Of a stretch of 64,000 bases of DNA, positions 58,237 to 64,000 are shown one piece after another. The position numbers and the translations under genes are program-made. The stretch comes from Vitreimonas sp. (GTDB lineage: Bacteria > Patescibacteriota > Microgenomatia > UBA1400 > PJMF01): positions 650,331-714,330 of the forward strand of contig DASPLQ010000012.1 of NCBI GenBank assembly GCA_035627515.1, written 5' to 3'. The notes beneath the pieces were generated by a model. That model did not search any database. It worked only from the letters and a program-made list of their open reading frames with translations, and had not been told where the DNA came from. Position 1 is the first letter of the stretch. Every line of letters starts with the position of its first letter.

Positions 58237-59034
58237 ATGTCTATGACTCTTTTTCACGCTCTCATTCTTGGTATTGTAGAAGGTTTGACTGAGTTTCTCC
58301 CGATCTCATCCACCTTTCATTTAATTTTTGCTAGCAAATTACTGGGTATTCCAGAAACTGAGTTTCTGAAGATGTTTGAAGTTTTTATACAGTCAGGGGC
58401 GATTTTGTCAGTGGTGTTTTTGTATGGCTGGGAAACCTTCAAAGACCGGGCGCTGTGGCCCAAAGTCGTGGCATCATTTATTCCCACGGCTGTGATTGGT
58501 TTTGGATTACACGAAATTATTAAATCGGTATTTTTTGAGACCGAAAGTTTAATGATCATGATGTTTATTGGCTTAGGTATTGGGTTTATGGCGTATGAAT
58601 GGTGGTTAGCGAAGGAAGATAAACAACCAGCGGGAGCTGTGGCAACTTTGACGTATAGTCAAGCAATCATGGTCGGTTTAGCACAAGCAGTAGCCGTGAT
58701 TCCAGGTGTGTCCCGGGCTGGGGCAGTGATAGTAGCGATGATGCTCTTGGGTATTAGGCGGGATGAGGCGGCTAAGTACTCGTTTATTTTGGCGGTACCC
58801 ACCATTTGTGGAGCTGCCTTTTTAGATATCGTCAAAATGAGATCAGAGCTGATGGCAGCAGGGGACTCGATTATGCTGTTGATGGCAGGTTTTGTTGCCG
58901 CATTTTTCTCAGCTTTGATTGTGTTGAAATGGTTTATCAGTTACTTGCAGCGTCACACGCTGACTCAATTTGGCGCCTATCGAGTAGTAGCCGGGATGAT
59001 TTTAGCTTTCCTGCTTTACACCGCTGGGATTTAA
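58237..59034 (+). CDS. uppP: undecaprenyl-diphosphatase
   Basis: N-terminus TLFHALILGIVEGLTEFLPISSTFHLI and PGVSRAGA are hallmark BacA/UppP motifs. Eight TM helices. Confidence 0.9.
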   Translation: MSMTLFHALILGIVEGLTEFLPISSTFHLIFASKLLGIPETEFLKMFEVFIQSGAILSVVFLYGWETFKDRALWPKVVASFIPTAVIGFGLHEIIKSVFFETESLMIMMFIGLGIGFMAYEWWLAKEDKQPAGAVATLTYSQAIMVGLAQAVAVIPGVSRAGAVIVAMMLLGIRRDEAAKYSFILAVPTICGAAFLDIVKMRSELMAAGDSIMLLMAGFVAAFFSALIVLKWFISYLQRHTLTQFGAYRVVAGMILAFLLYTAGI

Positions 59035-59052
59035 CTTTTAAATAGAGATGGT

Positions 59053-59352
59053 ATGGTGAAGTACAAACAATTTTTCCAACAAATGCTTGAAGAAAATCGG
59101 GCTCAATTTGAAGCTTTCAAAGTTGTGCACGATGGCTATAAGCAAGATCGTAAGGCGTGGAGTAAACGTTTTCACGAAGAAGGTAGAGAGATTATCGATA
59201 TTATTCGTGACTGGGAACGACGATTATGTTCAGGAATGGAACGAGGCAATAATGCCGTTTTTTCTTCCAAGTTATCAGAGAAGTTTTGGGCAGAAATCAA
59301 AGGCTATTTATCTCACATTGAGTTGGTAGGCGTGAAGTCAAACTTAGATTAA
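59053..59352 (+). CDS. hypothetical protein
   Basis: 99-aa helical, charged ORF. Confidence 0.35.
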   Translation: MVKYKQFFQQMLEENRAQFEAFKVVHDGYKQDRKAWSKRFHEEGREIIDIIRDWERRLCSGMERGNNAVFSSKLSEKFWAEIKGYLSHIELVGVKSNLD

Positions 59353-59671
59353 AGTATGTTCCTTGTGACATATTTGTGCCACGATCGTGCACTATGTATG
59401 GCACTGTAAAAATGAGGTTCTATTTAGGATTTAGTGAGTGAGAGGGTCTTTTGCAGAGCTCATGTTTTTTCGTTTGTATGAATATTGGCAAAAATCATAC
59501 AACCTTCACAAACCTCTTTCTTATCCATTGTGCGATTATTAACAAAAACCGCACAACGCAGAAAAAATTCACTTTTTGAACAACTACTATCAAACAGATA
59601 AAGATCAGACTCTTTTTTCACACCCCCATGAGAAACCTTCTTAAAGGTCTTTCAGCTATAGCATTAAAAAC

Positions 59672-59706
59672 CAAAAAAAAGACGGGTAGTTGTGTCCCTA
59701 CCCGTC
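59672..59706 (-). terminator. rho-independent terminator (minus strand)
   Basis: 9-bp stem GACGGGTAG/CTACCCGTC with an 8-nt loop. On the minus strand it is followed by TTTTTTTTGG. Confidence 0.7.
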
Positions 59707-59753
59707 GCCTGTGTCACTCATGCTGCTCGTTGTGTTGTGTTTAATTGTATGAG

Positions 59754-59825
59754 TTAACTCCGATCGGAACTACGTGATTGTTTGCCCCGACTGGAAGAAC
59801 TCTTGCTGCGATTAGACTTTGCCAT
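59754..59825 (-). CDS. candidate small ORF (23 aa, Ser/Arg/Lys-rich) with strong Shine-Dalgarno
   Basis: Minus-strand AAAGGGGGTGA roughly 10 nt upstream of ATG. Encodes MAKSNRSKSSSSRGKQSRSSDRS. The terminator above lies about 50 nt downstream. Confidence 0.2.
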   Translation of the reverse strand: MAKSNRSKSSSSRGKQSRSSDRS

Positions 59826-59963
59826 ATAGTCTAAGTGGTCACCCCCTTTCTCTTACTTTGTAGCTGTTTGGTAAACACCACTATGAGCGTTTTATGTAAA
59901 GGCACCAGCAACGTTGGGTAAGAAAGAAGTAAGCGACGGAAATAGCCAAAACCTAAACTTTAG

Positions 59964-60311
59964 CTATTGCTTGGGTTGAGCGCGGCGTTTCTCAATTTTC
60001 TCTAGAGAATACATGATGCGCTCATGGAGATTAATTTTCTTGATCCGGGCAAAGCGAAGAATGGTGGCCAGGATATCGCCGAGTTCTTGTTCATAGGTTT
60101 CATCATTTTGAGCGGCGATGTTGGTAGGTTTGCGGCCGTGTTCAGCGAGATAAGCCCGGGCCATCTCTCCCAATTCTTCCATCAGGCTTAAGATCAAAAT
60201 CGAGCCAAACTCTTTGGTGTTACGTTTACCCTTGTCAATTTTGTCTAAGTAGCGGAAGTATGTTGCAAAAGGAGTGGAGTAGTAATTTTTTTTAGCTGGT
60301 TGAGTTTTCAT
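59964..60311 (-). CDS. MazG-like nucleotide pyrophosphohydrolase
   Basis: EELGEMARAYLAEHGRKPTNIA...ELGDILATILRFARIKKINLHERI is the MazG EExxE/helical signature. Start placed at ATG 60311 to avoid a 66-nt overlap with dnaG. Confidence 0.7.
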   Translation of the reverse strand: MKTQPAKKNYYSTPFATYFRYLDKIDKGKRNTKEFGSILILSLMEELGEMARAYLAEHGRKPTNIAAQNDETYEQELGDILATILRFARIKKINLHERIMYSLEKIEKRRAQPKQ

Positions 60312-60383
60312 ACTCTGAATTATACAGAGTTTGGGTATTTTTTGGATTTTAAAATGGAGTATACTTAAAAGTACTTTCCCATC

Positions 60384-62222
60384 ATGTCGCAAATTAAACA
60401 AATTAAAGACGCCACTAATCTTGTCGAAATCATTGGCGAGCGCATTCAAGTGCAGCGGTCCGGGGCAAATTTGCGTGCCTTATGTCCCTTTCACAGTGAA
60501 AAAAGTCCATCATTTTTTATTAATGATCAATTCCAACGGTATAAATGTTTTGGGTGTGGTGAAAGTGGCGATGTCTTCACTTTTTTGGAAAAGTATGAAG
60601 GCATGACATTTAATGAATCGCTCAAGTATCTCGCTGATAGAGTTGGTATTCAGCTCGAGCAGTGGAAACCTACGCATGAAGAAGATCGCAAAGAGCGGAT
60701 GCTGGCCATCTTAAATTTAGCCAAAGAATATTATCATTTTTTGTTGACCCAGCACGAAACTGGTGAACCGGCTCGTCAGTATCTCCAGGAACGTGGCACT
60801 ACCAATGAATCAATTAAAATTTTTCAACTAGGATATGCTTTGTCTGCTTGGGACGGCTTATTGACGTATTTGCGCGATAAGAAAAAATATGATGAAGAAG
60901 ATATTTTGGCTACGGGATTGGTAATTAAAGGGAAAACGGGGCGCTACTATGATCGCTTTCGGGGTCGGGTGATGTTTCCCCTCACCAATCATCGCGGCCA
61001 GGTAGTGGGGTTTTCAGGTCGGATTTTAAATGCTGTGCCAGCCATGCAAAATACTGGTGGCAAAATACCTGAAAAAGAACCCAAGTACATCAATACCCCA
61101 GAAACGAGTTTATATCATAAAAGCCAAATGTTATTTGGTTACTCAGAGCTTTATCAAGAAATAAGAAAAAAGCGGGAAGTGATTGTGGTGGAAGGTGAGT
61201 TTGATGTCATATCTTCGGCTCAAGCGCACGTCAATCACGTAGTGGGCATCAAAGGTTCCGCACTGACGACAGAGCACTTGCGGCTGATGAGCCGAGCCGC
61301 CGATCGTATTTTATTTGCACTCGATACTGATGCCGCTGGGGTAGAAGCTACTAAACGTGCCATCACGCTGGCACAAGACACTAACTTAGAGTTGCGAGTG
61401 ATTGCTATTCCGGAAGGTAAAGATCCTGATGAGTTAGCTCGGCATGATCCTAAAACCTGGCGAGAAGCCAGTAAAACTTCGATTTCTATTTATGAGTTTT
61501 TGATCCAAGCCGCTCTTAAAAAATACGATCCTACTAAGCCAGAAGGCAAACGCAAAATTATTGTGGAGCTGGCGCCCATTCTTAACGCCATTGCCTTGAG
61601 CGTAGAACAAGATTACTATCTCAAGAAATTAGCCACTGAGTTGCACGTCAAAGAAGAGCTATTACGAAACGATTTTGTTCGTTTGCGAGACGCGCGTAAA
61701 CCGCTCCGTTTTCATGACAAACCGGTCGAAGATAAAGAAGACACAGTGGCCGAAAAGGAGCCAGAGGTTAAATCTCGTCACTCCAAGCTATTGGAGTATG
61801 CGTTATTCCTCTTTTTCCGAAGTGACAGTAGTCAGATCGCTGCTAAGGCCAAGACGCTTCAAGAAATTGGTTTGAGTGGGCATGCTAAGTTGTTAGTTGA
61901 AGCAGCACAGAGCAGTAGCAGTCAGGGTGCCTTTGAACTGAAACAGTTTATTGAGCAGCTGCCAGATGACTTACAAGACTACTTGTTTAGCATTTACCAC
62001 GAGCCAGAATTTCTTAAAGTCATCGAAAAAGGTGAGTTAGATAAAGAGTGGCAAAAAATCACTAAAGAGTTAAACCAAGAGTTCGTCAAAACGCATATTA
62101 CTCGCATTACTGCCGAGTTGGATGAGCTGGATCAGAAGGTGGATAAGACCCCCGAGGATGAACAACGACAGCTCGAGTTATTGACAGAAGTGGCTCGACT
62201 TCGGAAGTTGAAAACCACGTAA
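60384..62222 (+). CDS. dnaG: DNA primase
   Basis: CPFHSEKSPSFFIN...YKCFGCGESGDVFTF zinc ribbon. TOPRIM motifs VIVVEGEFDVIS and LFALDTDAAG. Confidence 0.9.
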   Translation: MSQIKQIKDATNLVEIIGERIQVQRSGANLRALCPFHSEKSPSFFINDQFQRYKCFGCGESGDVFTFLEKYEGMTFNESLKYLADRVGIQLEQWKPTHEEDRKERMLAILNLAKEYYHFLLTQHETGEPARQYLQERGTTNESIKIFQLGYALSAWDGLLTYLRDKKKYDEEDILATGLVIKGKTGRYYDRFRGRVMFPLTNHRGQVVGFSGRILNAVPAMQNTGGKIPEKEPKYINTPETSLYHKSQMLFGYSELYQEIRKKREVIVVEGEFDVISSAQAHVNHVVGIKGSALTTEHLRLMSRAADRILFALDTDAAGVEATKRAITLAQDTNLELRVIAIPEGKDPDELARHDPKTWREASKTSISIYEFLIQAALKKYDPTKPEGKRKIIVELAPILNAIALSVEQDYYLKKLATELHVKEELLRNDFVRLRDARKPLRFHDKPVEDKEDTVAEKEPEVKSRHSKLLEYALFLFFRSDSSQIAAKAKTLQEIGLSGHAKLLVEAAQSSSSQGAFELKQFIEQLPDDLQDYLFSIYHEPEFLKVIEKGELDKEWQKITKELNQEFVKTHITRITAELDELDQKVDKTPEDEQRQLELLTEVARLRKLKTT

Positions 62223-62240
62223 CATTTTCCAATTTCATGC

Positions 62241-62570
62241 TTGACACTACATACCCCCCAGGAGTATTCTGAGAATGTTCCTAACATGTCAAATTCCATT
62301 TCAAAACCATCTGAGGTGGTTGAGTCGTCCACCTCTAATCCTGATCAAGTTCTTACCCAACTCAAACGTATTCGGGGGCAATTAGATGGTGTGATTACGA
62401 TGTATGAAGACGAGCGTGCCTGCGTCGATATCGTACGGCAAGTCATTGCCGCTCGTAACTCACTGGGACGTGTAGCACGAGACTTATTGACCGGCGAAGC
62501 TACTCGGTGCAGTCGTGAACGACGCGTCGAAGATCTAGATGAAATTTTAAAGGAATTATTTAAGTATTAG
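62241..62570 (+). CDS. CsoR/RcnR/FrmR-family metal- or stress-sensing transcriptional repressor
   Basis: QLKRIRGQLDGVITMYEDERACVDIVRQVIAARNSLGRVARDLL...RCS follows the DUF156 helical pattern with a Cys-His-Cys triad. Alternative start at ATG 62286. Confidence 0.75.
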   Translation: MTLHTPQEYSENVPNMSNSISKPSEVVESSTSNPDQVLTQLKRIRGQLDGVITMYEDERACVDIVRQVIAARNSLGRVARDLLTGEATRCSRERRVEDLDEILKELFKY

Positions 62571-62665
62571 GGAAGTAACTGAGTCATTTAGTAATTAAGT
62601 AATTTAGGTTGGAAAAGCTATTTACTCAATTACTCAATTACTTATTTACTAACACAAGGAGACAT

Positions 62666-63040
62666 ATGTCTGATACTGCAACTCAAAGTGCCCCTCATTT
62701 TTCGGGCGATGAATTACAAGCCTACCTTAAAGACGGTAAAAATATGCCCTTATTAGTCGATTTTTACGCTGAATGGTGTGGTCCGTGCAAATTAGCTGCT
62801 CCCATTATTGATAAATTATCAGTCGAGTATAAAGGCAAGGTGACGATTGCTAAGTTAGATACCGATGAAAACAACGAGATGGCTCGTCAATTCGGAGTGA
62901 TGAGTATCCCCACCGTGATCATTTTCAAGAATACTACTGGAGATGACAAAGCTGAGCTCATCGAAGTTGATCGCAAGATTGGCTACGGTGGCGAAGAAGC
63001 CTATCGAGAACTATTAAAGAAACTAGTGGGAGAAAAGTAA
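62666..63040 (+). CDS. trxA: thioredoxin
   Basis: WCGPCK active site. RBS AAGGAGA lies 6 nt upstream of ATG 62666. Confidence 0.9.
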   Translation: MSDTATQSAPHFSGDELQAYLKDGKNMPLLVDFYAEWCGPCKLAAPIIDKLSVEYKGKVTIAKLDTDENNEMARQFGVMSIPTVIIFKNTTGDDKAELIEVDRKIGYGGEEAYRELLKKLVGEK

Positions 63041-63082
63041 AAAGTAACTGGCTGGTGCTGTACCTGCTAGTGAATCACTTCT

Positions 63083-64000
63083 ATGCCTAAGTCCATTCCT
63101 GTTGCCATCATTGGTTCTGGTCCCGCCGGTTATACGGCTGCCGTGTACGCTGCCCGGGCCAAGTTAAACCCAGTCTTGTTTGCTGGTTACCAAAGCGGTG
63201 GTCAATTGATGTGGACGACCGACGTAGAAAACTTTCCTGGTTTTCCCGCTGGTGTAGCTGGACCGCAATTAATGGTGCAGATGCGTGAACAAGCTCAAAA
63301 GTTTGGTGCCGACATTCAAGATGTCCATGTCACGGCGGTAGATTTTACCCAGCGGCCGTTTCGGATTTGGACGGCTTTACCTGAAGGTGTAGCGCCAGAA
63401 ATTTACGATAAAGGCACGGCTGAAGAAGTCAAAGCTGTGATTGCGAAGATCAAAAAACTGCCAGCTACCTATGAAGCTGAAAGTGTCATTTTAAGCACTG
63501 GGGCCAGTTCTATCATGTTAAATGTCCCGGGTGAAATGAAGTTACTAGGCCGAGGGGTGAGTACCTGTGCCGTGTGTGATGCGGCCTTTTATCGTGAGCG
63601 AGACACTTTTGTAGTAGGCGGTGGTGATAGCGCGATGGAAGACACCTTGGCTCTGACCAAGTTTGCTAAAACAGTGACTGTCATTCATCGACGCGACTCT
63701 TTCCGTGCCAGCAAAATTATGCAAGAGCGGGTGTTAAATCACCCTAAAGTAAAAGTCCTGTGGAACAGTCAAATTCTGGAAGTCATTGGTGAGCAAAAGG
63801 TAGATAAACTAAAAATCCAAACTGGACCTGAAATTCAAGAAGTTCCCGCTGATGGAGTCTTTATTGCCATTGGCCACCGTCCGATCACGCGTATTTTCGA
63901 TCAGCAAGTTATGTTGGATGAACATGGGTACATCGTGACACGCCATAGTTTAAGCGCCAAAGGTTTAGAACTGGCGCGCTTGGCGGTAAATGAAAAAGAG
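63083..64000 (+). CDS. trxB: thioredoxin-disulfide reductase, N-terminal 306 codons (continues beyond window)
   Basis: FAD-binding VAIIGSGPAGYTAAVYAAR, redox-active CAVCD and NADPH-binding GGGDSAME. Confidence 0.9.
   Translation, partial: MPKSIPVAIIGSGPAGYTAAVYAARAKLNPVLFAGYQSGGQLMWTTDVENFPGFPAGVAGPQLMVQMREQAQKFGADIQDVHVTAVDFTQRPFRIWTALPEGVAPEIYDKGTAEEVKAVIAKIKKLPATYEAESVILSTGASSIMLNVPGEMKLLGRGVSTCAVCDAAFYRERDTFVVGGGDSAMEDTLALTKFAKTVTVIHRRDSFRASKIMQERVLNHPKVKVLWNSQILEVIGEQKVDKLKIQTGPEIQEVPADGVFIAIGHRPITRIFDQQVMLDEHGYIVTRHSLSAKGLELARLAVNEKE

Overview
This 64-kb window looks like a chromosomal segment from a small-genome bacterium. Genes are tightly packed and often overlap by 4 nt. Secreted proteins are dominated by Pro/Ser/Thr linkers (PSPSPT-type). 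The envelope looks monoderm-like: a sortase with a LAxTG substrate, a LytR_C protein, UppP, and no outer-membrane markers. A Candidate-Phyla-Radiation-like lineage is plausible but unproven. I saw no in-frame TGA or TAG codons in conserved genes, so I assume the standard code. The housekeeping backbone comprises F1 ATP synthase alpha/gamma/beta/epsilon, DnaG, thioredoxin and TrxB, UppP, Maf, MazG, two mevalonate-pathway genes, a CsoR-like regulator and a BlaI/BlaR1 pair. It also holds six tRNA genes, five of them type-II Ser-like, including one with an apparent ACU anticodon and one Arg with GCG. The most striking content is a roughly 16-kb cell-surface locus (20.8-37.2 kb). It encodes two giant paralogous repeat proteins of about 1340 and 1420 aa that share a near-identical 5' leader and N-terminal module. 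One carries a phage tail-fibre-type S74 intramolecular-chaperone autoproteolysis motif. Between them sit a 1714-aa protein with a DUF2341-like N-terminus and about seven LamG repeats, and an O-antigen-ligase-like protein with TPR repeats; a LytR_C protein follows. A second accessory cluster (41.9-44.1 kb) pairs the ApbE flavin transferase with an FMN-binding lipoprotein and an RnfD/NqrB-like membrane protein, next to DsbA and BlaR1/BlaI genes. Other points of interest: two dockerin-like secreted proteins, one of them a clan GH-A glycosidase; a tRNA-flanked AT-rich islet encoding Nudix, a RadC/JAB-like motif protein and a second Nudix; two Ser-tRNA genes sharing an identical 3' half plus a 50-nt trailer; an F1 operon in which a secreted/membrane protein replaces atpH, with no a, c or b genes in the window; and a structured-looking leader with a triple GAGTCCCG motif ahead of an EamA transporter. 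All calls rest on motif recognition by eye, with no database search, so coordinates of true start codons and family assignments are provisional.
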